Positions 43,405 through 58,110 of a stretch of DNA of 64,000 nucleotides are shown piece by piece. The stretch comes from the human T2T-CHM13v2.0 reference genome, Homo sapiens, in NCBI RefSeq assembly GCF_009914755.1, contig NC_060926.1; one strand, written 5' to 3'. Position 1 is the first letter of the stretch, and the number at the start of each line of letters is the position of its first letter. The translations under genes were made by a program, and so were the position numbers. The notes under the pieces were generated by a model. The model was given only the letters and a program-made list of their open reading frames with translations, was not told the origin of the DNA and did not search any database.

Positions 43405-44040
43405 TTTTTTAACTGTTTAGAATTTTGTATTTTGTAATAATTTTAGCATTATATAAAAGTTACAAAAATCACACAGAGTTCCCATACACCTTTCAATCAG
43501 GTTTCCCTAATATTTTCACCCTAAACACATAATAAATTAACATAACTAAGAATTTTTCATCAGCGCCATTGTGTAAACTCTACTACTCACTTTGTTCTGA
43601 TTTTTCCTGGTTTTCCTAAATTCTTTTTCTGTTCCAGGATCTAATCTGAGTTTTTTACTTTGCATTCAATTTTCATGTCTCCTAGCCTCCTCTAAAACCC
43701 TCCAAGACAGTTCCTCAGTATGCCCTGGTATCTCATGAGTATGGCTTTTTAAAGAGTACTTGTCAAGTCATTTTATAAAATATACTTTGATATAGCTTGG
43801 TCTGATTTTGAGGAAAAAATATATATATAGCAAGAATATCATGCAAGTAGCATAATCTTTCAGGTGTATCACATCAAGGAGTCCAAGATATCTGAATGTC
43901 ATACTACTGGTGCTGTTGACCTTAATCACTTGGCTGAAGTGGTATCTGCCCCGTTTCTCCCCTTTAAAGTTACTATTTTTTCTTTGTAGTTAATATATAT
44001 CATAAGGAGATTCTTTGAGATTATTGAAATATCTTCTCAA
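43405..44040 (-). mobile_element. L1MC4/5-class 3' end
   Basis: cagagttcccatacacc, ttccaggatctaatc, gaccttaatcacttggctgaagtggtatctgcc. Confidence 0.75.
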
Positions 44041-44041
44041 C

Positions 44042-44145
44042 TTTTAACTTTTGTGAGTACATAGGTGTATATATTTATGGGTGTATATATTATACCTGTA
44101 TCAAATGTCATCTACCCCATAAATATATATACCTACTATGCAATT
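44042..44145. mobile_element. Tiny L1MA/PB 3'-end fragment present in both orientations (fold-back)
   Basis: ttttgtgagtacataggtgtatatatttatggg (antisense) then cctgtatcaaa ... taccccataaatatatatacctactatg (sense). Confidence 0.7.
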
Positions 44146-44159
44146 ATTTTTAACTTAAA

Positions 44160-44745
44160 GATAGGTTGAATGTGCTCTTTGGGACTTACTGTTTTTACTC
44201 ATAGTAAGTTATTAATATTTCTTCACATTGTTGCATGTGGTTGTAGTTTGCTCTATTTCATATCTATGTATTCTTTCACTTTCTAGTTAATGGACAAATT
44301 TAGGTTACTCTCAGTTGTTTTTTCTCTGATGATACTGCTACAAACATTCTTGTACAAGTCTTTTGTTACACATATATGAAAGTTTTTCTTGAGTATAAAT
44401 TGAGTTGCAGAATTCCTGGGCCAACAGGGTAAATAAAGGTTTAGGAGAAAATGTCAAGTTGTCCTCCATCATGATTACAAAAGTGGATTCTCTTTCCAGC
44501 AATGTAAAAGAGCTGTTTTGTGACACACATTTCTCCAACACTTAGTACAGTCCATTTTAAAATTATTGCCAAATGTATGGTATGAAATAACATCTCAGTG
44601 TCGTCTTGATTGGCATTGCCATGATCATATATAAATCAAGTGTTTATTGACTAGGAAATGTGTTTTTGCCTCTTAACCATTTTTCTCTTGGGCTATGTTC
44701 TTAATGATTTTAAAGAGCTTTATGCATTTTTGACATGACTCCGTA
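44160..44745 (-). mobile_element. Old L1ME fragment
   Basis: cacattgttgcatgtggttgtagtttg, ctgctacaaacattcttgtacaagtctttt, catttctccaacacttag. Confidence 0.7.
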
Positions 44746-45284
44746 TAACTTAAACACTATTAATTTCACCAATAGAAAAGCATCCACCTTCTCATAGCAG
44801 CCTTTCTGTTATTTAACGAACCGTCTGAGTATCATGGGAGTTTAAGCACCACAGAAGGGCTTATAATGGCATACCCAGTAATACGCGCCTTTCTGAGTTT
44901 ATATCCCCAGGTGGTGTCTGTTAAATGGTTAGCTAAGTGCCCCTTGGCTATGGTTAATTAGTTTAATTTGTATAGCATGTTTACATATATACATTCGCAT
45001 GCACAAGCACACACACACGCACAACATACAACAACACTGCCTAAAATGAATGACAATGTAACACTCACTGTTTCTGATCCCATTGACACCACCCTGTTGC
45101 CCCACCAACACCTTTGGTGATTTCCAGTGGGCTCTTTCTTCCAGTCTCTTTCCTTCTCAGTGCAGCCTGCGCACTGACCCCAGACTCCTCTCTTCATTAT
45201 CTATTAATACAAATGAAGTCAAAATGCCTCAGTCCTGCCCTGCCCTAGCCTTCCTTCCCAGGCAGCCCTCCTCCTGCTTCTCAC

Positions 45285-45550
45285 AGGCGTGGAGCCTCAG
45301 GGCATGAGCTTTGGCATCGATAACTCTGTCCCAGCCTGAGAACTTGGCAGATGTATGACCTGGAAGTCAATCACACACCCTGATGAAAGCTTGGTTTCTT
45401 CTTCCGTGAAAGAAGGAGAATCCCAGTGACTATCTCAAAGGCACACAGAGTCCATATGAGGATGAAGTGAGGTAATGTTTTTTCAATGTTCAGTACAGTG
45501 TCGGCAAAATAACAATCAATAAATGTTTGTTTTTATGTGCCTATTATTAT
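45285..45550 (+). mobile_element. MIR
   Basis: gcatgagctttggcatc ... tgtatgacctggaagtc ... gtttcttcttccgtgaa ... aatcaataaatg. Confidence 0.65.
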
Positions 45551-45568
45551 CATTAATATTGCACTTCA

Positions 45569-45878
<310 letters not shown>

Positions 45879-45959
45879 CTAAGGTGGGGATTCACTTGGC
45901 CACTCCCCCTTAGCATCTCCTTAAAGATATCTTACTCAACTGCGTGTATAATGGGAGAG

Positions 45960-46170
45960 AATGCTATGATCTTCAGAATCCTTAAGCACTTTGCTAACAC
46001 TTACTTTATAACACTTATGGCTAGCAGTTTCTTATACAAACACATTCATCTCTCTGCTGTCTGTGTGCTGCTTGAGAGCAAGAACTATTATATTAGTCAC
46101 CTCTTTTTCCACGATCTAGAGCCAGGCCTAGAACAGAACAGGTGTTCAGGAAATCTATGTTGTGTGAATG
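45960..46170 (+). mobile_element. L2 3' end
   Basis: ctgcttgagagcaagaact ... aggcctagaacagaacaggtgttcaggaaatctatgttg. Confidence 0.65.
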
Positions 46171-47404
46171 TCTTCCTTCTTTTTTTCTTTTCCTCTTCTT
46201 TACTAATCCAAAAAACATTTTTTTTAAATACCCCCATGGAAAAATTCTTATAAGAAAGTTACTTTTGTCTGTAAACCTTATAAAACCTCATGATGTCCAG
46301 CCTGGAAACATTATAGTTTCTTTCTTTTTTTTTTTTTTAAATCCCAAATAATGATTCATTGATTCATGCCTGTTCCCATGAATAGGTTCACACAATTCTT
46401 ACTAATTTTCTTTTCTTTTTGTATTATATAAACCCATAAGTACCAGGGACTCTCTTATGCTCCTTACAAATTGCCCCCAACCCAGGCACAACATATCCCT
46501 CACCTACACCAACTGGGCACAGCCATCTTGGCCTCTTGTCTACCTCTTCATTTCTCCTCTGCCACAAGAAATCTGAACATCACCTTTCTCTTTGTCCAAA
46601 GTCTTCAGTTTTCCTACGTCACTCAAGGTACAGATTCCCTGAGAGTTTAGTTCTTATTCTGCCTGGCTGCTTTTATGGGGAGAATGTTCCCAGTCATGAT
46701 GATGCTTTCTTGCTTTGAAATTCCAGGGAGGAAAACAAAGGAAGCAGACAATCCTTCGATGCTCTACTGTGGCCAGAGTTGGGGTGGGGAGGGGAGGAGA
46801 CCCACACATCAATACACTCTTGCTGCTGTGGTTCTGTAACATTATGATGCATTCATATGATGCCCGGGGATAGACCATATTCATAAATATAAATTATTCT
46901 GTAAGTTCAGCTTTAATGTCTTTAAATATTACCTTTTCCATCATCCTTTCCTGGCCTGAAACAAACCAAGGAGCACAAGCTGTCACGTTCTGTCTTATGT
47001 CATTCGCAATCACAATCATTAGATCATTTGATTAACTTCATGAGCTAGAAGAGTCCGTTCAATGAACTGTGCTCATACTCAGGGTCCTAGAGCTCACATC
47101 CATCACCACACATGCTCAGACATGATGGAGGACACTCACATTCACCTAGGTGAGGCTTTTCCTCAACATCCTAGTCCAACCCTTCATTTACTCTTATGCT
47201 TCAAAAAACATGTACCAGAGGGGGAAAAAATCAGACAACATCTATTATCTATTTTTAAAAATCTATTATGTTAAGGGTAAATAGAGGAGGTAGGGTGATG
47301 AAAAGAGAGTAACTATATGCAAATGATGTGATGATTATGTGCATAATCATATTCTTGGAACTCATTACTCAAGAGTTCCAATCTACCTCTGCTCCACGAT
47401 TGTG

Positions 47405-47850
47405 TGTGTGAGGATCCAGTGCAAGAGAGAGGAACTGCCCCAGGTATTTGGAACACAGAAAGGTTTAATACAAGGAAGTGGGTGCCCATAAAATCACTGG
47501 ACAGATCAAGGAATGGGCCTGCTGCTGAGCTACTGACAGCACTATAGAGAAGAACCAGAAAAGAGGAGGCTGCCCCTGACTCCACTGACTCTGCTGGCTC
47601 CCTAGAACGGGGTGTCTGGACTCAAAATGCACTCCCATGAGACCCACCTCCTTGCTTTCAGAAGCTGCAGGAGGTGGACCACAGCTGCTACTCCAGATCT
47701 ACCTTCCAAATCTTCCACAGGTTTTTCTGACTGTGGCAGACAATTCTCAATCTAATCTCCAGCTGCTCACAAGTATCCTTTGCAGCTTCCTGACTTCTCC
47801 CAATAGAAGAGGTGAAAGGGGGTGAGAGAGCCAAGCCACCATGCAGTAAA
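47405..47850 (-). mobile_element. Old ERVL/MaLR-like LTR fragment
   Basis: gaggatccagtgcaagagagaggaac ... ggtatttggaacacagaaaggtttaatacaaggaa resembles old MLT/LTR78-type ends; family uncertain. Confidence 0.4.
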
Positions 47851-48109
47851 ATGAATTGTTTCCCTATTGTGCAGAGTGGGATTTAAGCTCAGGCTCTTCT
47901 CTACCACTCCCACCACTCAGGCTGTTTCTTCTGGAGCAATTCTGTTAACATGTGAGCTTTGGTTTTTGTAGCAGCAAGGTATTGTCCTTGTCCATTTGTT
48001 GAAGTATTGAATATAATGCATACGCAGGACTAGTATAGTGCCTGAAACAAGGTAGGTACTTGATAAATTGAAACTCTTATTGTCCTCCCTCAAGAATGAT
48101 ACAGTATAA

Positions 48110-48290
48110 ACGTCAGTTACAAACACTGACCAAGCACCAGCTATGTACTTGGATGCTTTCATGACCTCATCCCAGTTAATCACCATAACAATCCCATAGT
48201 GTGCACCTTGAAATATCCATGTAGTTGGTGAGGAACCAAGGTTCAGAGAGAACATGCAACTGATCCAAGGTGAAGGCAGGGTCCCCTTCT
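48110..48290 (-). mobile_element. MIR fragment followed by (CA)n at 48313-48351
   Basis: ttaatcaccataacaatccc ... gtgaggaaccaaggttcagagag. Confidence 0.65.
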
Positions 48291-48311
48291 CTTGCCTCCC
48301 CACCCAATTCC

Positions 48312-48354
<43 letters not shown>

Positions 48355-48402
48355 TGAATAAAATGCCACCTATTTTTCTTATGCCACTGTAGAAGGGCTA
48401 AT

Positions 48403-48782
<380 letters not shown>

Positions 48783-49237
48783 TAGGAATGGAGAAAGTGT
48801 GGCATCTGTGATCACAGCCCTACTGTCTGCACCCTTCTGCCTCACTCTCCTTTCTTGATCTCTCTGCAGCTTTATACTAAAACCATTTCAGTTGTTTGCA
48901 TGGACAGAGAATCTTCCAGCTGTGTCATTCTTCCTTCTCTCCCAGCCTTCCAGCCTTGGGGAACTCATTCGTTCATGCAAGGGGCATCTTCTATTAGTGT
49001 CTACTGAGCGAGGCACCCTGATAAAGACTCAGAGATGAACAAAGCTCAGACCGTCCCCTCAAAAGTCCATGCAGTCTTATGAGGAATGAAAGGATGTGCA
49101 CCCAAGGGACTGCAGTGACATTTGAGAAAACATTATTAAAATGCTTGAGCTCAGACTGCAGGAGCTTGCATGAGTGAGTCTACCCCATGATGGGGGAGAA
49201 GAGGCAGGATCAGGGGAGACTTCACACAGAAAGCAAC

Positions 49238-50309
<1,072 letters not shown>

Positions 50310-50959
50310 AAGCTGAACTTTGATGAATGCTGTATTTCACCAAGTAGAGAAAAAAGAAAAGCATGGGGTGCCTGAAGCATAGGATGGTGTCCTAAAGAGA
50401 CCCTCGGCCTTTGCAGCTTCACATTAGTAAGCCCTGCTGACACTGTGCAATGTCTGGACATCATTGGGATACTACATTTTGAGAGGGAATAGGGGCATGC
50501 TGAAACCTTTCAAATGACTCATGTCTCTTAAGTCCTGGAAGTGCTAACCCATTGCTATTGAAAGCACAGAAACTCCATCTGTCCCCAGATATAATAGACA
50601 CCATGACAACACTCAGGGGGAGTGAAAGCATAAGTGGAAACCGGGGCCAGAAGATCCTGGCTCAGTGAATGGTGAGTCCTTGGATGCTTGGTGTGATTAA
50701 TGGGTGGGTTGGGATAAGGGTGGGGAGGAGAAGAGGCTGGAGGGGTGAGGAAGAGGCAGCCATGGGGACAGGCCCTAGGAGAGACATGTTGGGCCCATGC
50801 CGCAGAGTCCTTGAATGTCATGATAAGATGTCCAGGCCCCTCATCTCAGATGCAGTGGGGAAGCTCTTTGCTTGTCTTCACTGGCACTCCACAAGGCAAC
50901 CTTCTCCAGTCACTATCAGCCCCAGGGAAGTTCTGCTGACATTACTGGCAAAACCACTC

Positions 50960-51019
50960 TCCTCTGTCTCTGTCTCTGTCTCTTTCTCTCTCTCTTTCTC
51001 TTTTCCCTTTCTCTCTCTC

Positions 51020-51064
<45 letters not shown>

Positions 51065-51074
51065 CAAACACACA
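50960..51074. repeat. TC-rich tract plus (CA)n
   Basis: Direct read. Confidence 0.9.
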
Positions 51075-53479
51075 ATTATTTGATTATTTGTCAGTGAATC
51101 TGTAATGGCTCTCTCCATAGACCCTATGTCTAGGTTAAGAAACTGTATCTGACTTAGTTAATTATTTTTCTCACTGTGCATGTAACATATGTAATTTTTA
51201 AAAATAAGGAAAAAGAAAACAGCTCTAAAATTACTATGTAAAGTATGATTTTGCTACTTCTTGGTGTACTTGGTGTACAGCTCATGGTGAGTCACAGTGT
51301 TGCATGACTCCATGGGCAGGAACCTAAATATCCATGAAGCCACAAACCACAGCTCACCATTCCCTAGGATCTGCTAACTCTTCCCAGCCCACCGGACAGA
51401 AGAAATGCCTGGCAATGTGGTGGCAGGTAACAAGCAGACACACGATGCTGAAGACCCAGTCATCAAAGAGCCTTTACTTCCTTCTGCAAAGGCAAGACTC
51501 ATGGCAGACGTGTCCATGCACACCAAGTTTGAGAGCTGCCATGAGACTCCCTTCTGTTGTGAAAAATACTCATCAGGCTTTTCAGAACTCTCTGTGCACC
51601 CCCAGCATAGCAGTCAGGAGAGAGATAGGAAATGTCCTCCGCACTTTGGAGCCCAGCTCTTGCCAAGAAGCGTTACAAAGTCTTCTAGCTGGCTCTGCTC
51701 TCCCAGCACAATTATTCAGGCCCTGGAGAAGAATAGAAATGATGCTTCTGCTGCCACTCCCTTCCCACCAGAGGGTGGTCAGCTCTGAAAGCTCCCCAGG
51801 CTGAGTAGGATGACCAGAGGAGAATCTGCCTAGGTCAACTCTGCCCAGGCTCCTGATGCCCATGCTCCAGCCAACACCTTCCAAGTGGACTGGCTCTGCC
51901 ACCCAGCTGCTTGTGTTTCTTCCTATATGTTAAGTCTGAGCATCTAACTCATCTCTAGGAAGGGAAAATTAGAGCTTTTACTATATTCTCTATTCAGACT
52001 GTCTAAAACAGATGGGTCTGGTGTGCTGCTGAGGAGGTGGTCCACCTGATGTGACCTGGAGGTGGGGTGGAGGGAAGTAGCATCACACTGAGATTCATGA
52101 AGACACCAAAAAGCAGAGTCGGTGGGGTAGGGAGTGAGCAGAGCTAAGAACTGAGTCCCCAGGGAAAAGCTTAGTCCAATTCACCCAAGAAGAGGATCTT
52201 AATGAGTTGCTAATGTCAAGGGATTGGAGACAGATATCAAGACAGAGCACTAAACTAGGGGTGTTTTCAACAAAAATATGATCCGCAGCAGAGGGATATG
52301 GGTTTCACCGGGTTCCCTGGCCAACAACCTCCATGCAGCTTATAGGGTGGCAACCTACAGTGTCCCCTTATATTGTCACAGCTTTGGGGTGAGAATCCAG
52401 GCCTTCCTTTACAACATGTTTAGCTTCCCTGAGAAAGCAAGAAATAAAAATCAGACAAAAAAGAGGCCGGTTTCTCCAGGTGATAATCAAACCATTAGTT
52501 TTCAGTCTAGAAACACCTCAGATGAAGATGCAATATGGGCAACGCTCAGGGATGGGTTGCTCCAATCACAGATGTAGCTCCAGATGGAGATTTTGTGGAT
52601 CATGGGCCCCCAGCAAGGGGAGGCTGTCAGCATGGCCAGGTTCAGGCCTGATATGAACAAGAGTCCACTGGCCCAGACTTTGATCCATAGAGTTTTTCAG
52701 TTATCAGGTCCTAGCATTCCAGAGGGAAGGAGGCAGGTGTCCCCAGCACCTAAACTCTTGAAAGCCAGAAACTCTTCAAGCACCATCCAGTAATACCATA
52801 AACATGTGTACAGAGTGAAGGATGAGGTGGGAGAGCTTTTCAGTGGTAATCATGACACACAAAACAGACTAATTATGATAATCTCATCCAAAATCCAAAC
52901 TCCTAAACCAGCAAAATGATTTGGGAAGACATGCAGAATCTCAGAGCCCACTGCCTGGTTTAACATTTGGTTTCAACACTGTATGCCCATGAGACTTTGG
53001 GTTTATAACCCATACTTCTCTGCCAAACTCAGCTCAAGTCCTGTCTCTTCAGAAAACCACCCCTTATTGCTCCTAGCTGCTTTTCTGATCCCCTGCTCTT
53101 TTAAAGTCCTAATGCCCTTGAGGCGTATCTTACAATTCAGTACTTGGTGAATTCTGTCTCAGGCTGTTGTAATTGTTCTAGAGGAGAAAGCCCTGTTACA
53201 AAAGGTTTGCCAACTGTAAAAGAGTAACTTTCTCTCTTCCTCAGCAATGAGAACAGTTCAAAATATACTGTAGATTGTCAAGAAGGCCTGTGGGTTGGCT
53301 GAACCACGTAGATGTAGACCTCTTTTACACTATAGCCAGAGCAATTGTAATTCCATCGTACTAAACCACTCTCAAGGCTGAAGTTACATGTAATAAAAGG
53401 ACCTGTTCTGGCTCCAAAACAGAGCTAAGCACCTCGTCCTTCTATGACCTGATGTTGTGAATGGCCTCACCGTCTGTCC

Positions 53480-55330
53480 TCTAACACAAATCAGAAATCC
53501 AGATTTGATCATTATCTTTGATTCTTCCTTCCTTCTTCCTCAGCCCCTAAAACCAGTTGGCCCCCAAGCCTTATCAATTCTTACCTGTTCACATCTCTCA
53601 GATGGTGTTATGCCTCTCCATCACTCCTGTGACTGAAGTCACACCCTCATCATTCCAACCAGCTTTTGTGCACAACCTCATCATGCCTGTTCGTCTACTT
53701 CCACACTGAATGATTCATCCGCCAAATCTCCAATCCATCATGCCTCTTAAAACGGTTTAAAGTCGTGTAGTTGCTTCCCACTGCTTCCAAGATTTGTTTA
53801 TCTACTTATCACCGTGTTCAAGGTCTTTCATCACGAGCTCCTAGAGACACTTCTTATCTCAGTACCCTTTGGCTGAGTCACATTAACCAATTTGTAATTC
53901 CCTGAGGTCCATGCATTTTATGCAACAGTTCTTGCTCTGCAATAATCTACCATCTCTTCGTCCACTTCTTAAGGCTCTGTCTGTCCTTCAAGTCACCACT
54001 CAAGCATTTTCTCTTTGTGAAGGCATTCCCAGAGTAGGATAGGAATCTGCATTCAAGTAATTCTCTACTAACATTAAAGCACTTATTACCTCGTGTTGTC
54101 ATTATGAATCTTATTGACCACCTTGGCCATTATTAAACTACACACTTGCCCCTTTTAGATCAGAAATGGTATCTCATTCATCTGTGAATCCTCAGAGCTT
54201 AACCCAGTGCCTGGCTCAATAAATGATTATCAAGTGCATGGATGAATAGAGAAAGAAAAGAATGAATACAAGAATGGATGAAAAAGTGACTGAGCAAAGG
54301 AATGAGTAAGTGAAAAATGAGTGACAGCGCAGCACAACCCTTTAACCAGCTCTGCAGTTGGTTATCCATTGCATGTAAATGCCGCAACCGTGGGCTTCTT
54401 CTCATTGCCTGAGTTACCCCTGGGCAGCTTCATCTACTTCTTTGCATTAATGGCCTCTTGTAGGTTCTCCCCTCTAATAATCTCTATTTCCAGAAAATGG
54501 GCCCATGAGTTTCAGACTCGAACATGCACTTTAGTTGTACATCCCCATGTGGATGTTCCACAGACACTTCAAATTCAGAATGTTCCAAATTCATGATCTT
54601 TCTTCTATAACTCTGTTATTCGTGTTTCCTTTCTCAATGAAAAGCATCATTTCTGTAAGTGCAATCCTTACTTCTCCAAATTTCAAACATCCACATTCTA
54701 TCAAGCCCTAGTATGTCTACCTTATAAATATCTCATACCACACCGGGCTCCCTCCAAACCCGCTGGCATTACTCTAGCCCAGGAAAGAACCCTGGCCCTC
54801 CTGGATGATTCCCACTGTCTCCTGGTCTCACTGCTTGCATTTTGTCCTGCTCAAATCTACTTTCCACCCACCAGCCAGGCTGCCATTTCACAATGAGCTC
54901 ACCCCAGTGATTAAAACCCTCCAGTTGTTTTCCAGTGTCCTCTGGCTAAAGGCCAAACTCTTTTAAAAAGTTTACTGTGCCCTTCCTGATCCCTCACCAC
55001 TCAGCCTTGAACCTGGTAACTCACTGCCTTCTGTCTACCATAATCTCCAATTGTGTTAAAGCACTTTCAGCTCTTCAAAGACAGGCTGTCCTCTGGGGCT
55101 CCAGGCTGACTCACATATGGCTCTTTCATTGTGAAACACCCTCCCTCATTCTGGCTACACAGCCTGCATGACTCCTGGCTCAGCTGATCTGTCACCTCCT
55201 ATAAGAAGCCTCCCCTGCCCACTGGGTTGGGGCCCCTCCCATGTCCTTCTGTGAGAGCCTGCACTTCCTGTTTCATAGGAATCATAGGACTTACCACGTG
55301 ATTATAGCTTTCGGTAATATGTCTTCTCTA
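53480..55330 (+). mobile_element. Degenerate L2 fragments (at least two)
   Basis: cagaaatccagatttgatcattatctttgattcttcc ... cccagtgcctggctcaataaatg; second block ggatgttccacagacacttcaaattcag. Confidence 0.6.
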
Positions 55331-55926
55331 CACTCTGAGAACCATAACTAAACCATTAGATGACGGATCAGGATAGTGTGTGTGTTTGGAACTGTTGATC
55401 ATTGAGCAATATCCATGTGAGCCTTTTCCTTTGATGCAGGTGACTGATAAATTTTCAGTCTCACAGTAAGTGCTCTGTGAGACACAGAGTCAAGGTGATT
55501 CTCTCGTACCTTGAGACCCATCTGTGCTTCTTTCTCCTGTCTCTGAGCCCCTCCTGTATGAAAATGATAGGGAGGCACTTGGAGCTCCAGGAGATTAGAT
55601 ACTTGATCAATCCCATGTGTGATTGGATTTCCAGCATCTAGTAAGGAAAGCTCTAAAAGAATATGTATAGTATATTGAATGAATATTGAACATTTGAACA
55701 TTTGACTAATGAACAGACACTCACCAAGGACCTGTAACATTTTAGAAATGGTGTCAGGATCCTAGAGGAATACAAAGATATTCCCCACCCATGAGAAGGG
55801 CAGGATCTGATTGAGAAGACACAGAAACACATAAAAAGAATATTACTACAGTGCAGAACATTGTCCCAGAGAATCTGTGAGAAAGACTTGGTTGGTGCTT
55901 GAAAATTCAAAAAGAAAAAAAAAAGT

Positions 55927-56150
55927 GGCCAGGCTCAGTGGCTTATGCTTGTAATTCTAGCATTTTGGGAGGCTGAGGTGCATAGATAGCTTGAGCCCAG
56001 GAGCTCAAGACCAGCCTGGGCAAAATGACAAAAACCTGTCTCTACCAAAAGTGGTGCACACCTGTAGTCCTAGCTGCCCAGGAAGCAGAGGTTGCAGTGA
56101 GCCGAGATCATGCCACTTGCACACTAGCCTGTGCAACAGAGCCCTGTCTC
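55927..56150 (+). mobile_element. AluJ with internal deletions
   Basis: ttgagcccaggag J diagnostic; linker and part of right arm missing. Confidence 0.85.
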
Positions 56151-56158
56151 AAAAGAAT

Positions 56159-56160
56159 GA

Positions 56161-56220
<60 letters not shown>

Positions 56221-56252
56221 AAAGAAAAGAAAAGGGAAGAAAAGAAAAGAAA
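56159..56252. repeat. (GAAA)16 plus GAAAA-type repeat in an Alu tail
   Basis: Direct read; 16 perfect GAAA units at 56159-56222. Confidence 0.95.
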
Positions 56253-56444
56253 AGGATAAATGCTCCAAGACATGACAGTTAGCAGAGTGAAAAGAAATCA
56301 GTTTGCACTGAAATATATTCTAGGATTAGGAAGCCACGCTTTGGAAACAGCAAGACAAGGCAGGAATAAGTGTCACGCATTTGGGGGCTCTACAGAGAAG
56401 GAAAAAAGAAAAAATAGACATTTTGAATAATGTCTATGTGCACA

Positions 56445-56645
56445 TTACAATTTCATGTGAATTACTCACATTGTTTAATTTAATGCACTAGATTAAAAAG
56501 AAATGTTACATATTCTAAAAATTGCCCTGTTTTGACAAATAAGGAAAATGAAGCTCTGAGAAGTTCAGTAAATTTCACAGGAGCCTGCAAAAGTTTCAGG
56601 ACTAGGATTTCAACCCCAACTCCTTTGACTCCAAGATTATTCCTT
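56445..56645 (-). mobile_element. MIR fragment
   Basis: acaaataaggaaaatgaagctctgagaagtt ... ggatttcaacccc ... tgactccaag. Confidence 0.65.
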
Positions 56646-56831
56646 TCTTCTAGCCTGGCAGGTGAAAGCCTAGACTGGCAAATATTTTGTATGGGATGAC
56701 GGTGGGAGTTAATGTTGAATCACAGCTGGAGAGCCCATATATTTCCAGTTCTCTGTTATGGCCATTTTCCCCTATCTGATTCCTATTTCCACTTTAATGG
56801 GTTGAGAACAATATCTGAGTCCTCTGAATAG

Positions 56832-57212
<381 letters not shown>

Positions 57213-57519
57213 TGAATTTCCAGGGATTTGTCTATATGAATTGATTCCCGGGTAGCGCATATGAATTATTAAGCAGTCGTATAATATTTGACTTTCTCTC
57301 TTGTTTTACAGGCAATCTGTGAGAATGACTGGGTTAATGCTTAAAAAGTCAAAAGAAAAGCAAAAAGTCTACACAGTAGTCTTTTTATTTATTGCTGGTG
57401 CCCCTCACTGTCTTTGGGAAGCTCACCATATCATGCCCAATGGATAAGGGATTTGCTGAGCCCTCAAAACCATGTGCTCATAGAACCTGTCTTAAGATTT
57501 GCTTCAACTATGAAAATGC

Positions 57520-58110
57520 TTTCACCTTTATCCTAATATAAGATGCTATTTTTCCCCTTAGAATGTGTAACTATGGTTTTCATAGAATAAATCATGCCAA
57601 TAAATACTTTCACATATTGCTGGTAGGAGTATAAATGGATTCAACCATTTTGGAAGGCAAATTGGAAATATGTATCAAGAACTTTAAAAATGTCACTTTG
57701 GTACAATAATAACATTTCTTTGACTCTATCCTGAGAAAATTACCCAAGAGAGATAGAGAGATAAAAACTTCATATCAAAGATACTCATCATGGATTATTT
57801 GTAAGAAACATTATAAATGATGAACGAAAGGTTACCTCCACATAGTAATTTTTATTTTGATGTTTCTATAACGACATGAAACTGGTAACTTTTGGTGGTA
57901 AGTGACAAAAGGAGGACATAAAATTGTAGGTAGAGTATGAAAACTGTGAAAATTAGTATGCACTGAGGAAGATTTAATTAAACTACATCAAAATGTAGAA
58001 ATGTTAGGGTAGTATAATAAATAATATATTGTTTTCTACATTTCTTACATGAAAAAATGTTAAGCAATGATCATGTTTGCTTTTATAATCAGAAAAAAAT
58101 TATTTAAAGA
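57520..58110 (+). mobile_element. Old L1ME 3' end
   Basis: cacatattgctggtaggagtataaatgg ... ttttggaaggcaaattgg ... ttttataatcagaaaaaaa. Confidence 0.7.

Noticed and set aside
55991-56282. K/E/R-rich ORFs, and likewise the CVCV/HTHT and Alu-like ORFs elsewhere
   Set aside because: Translations of microsatellites and Alu sequence
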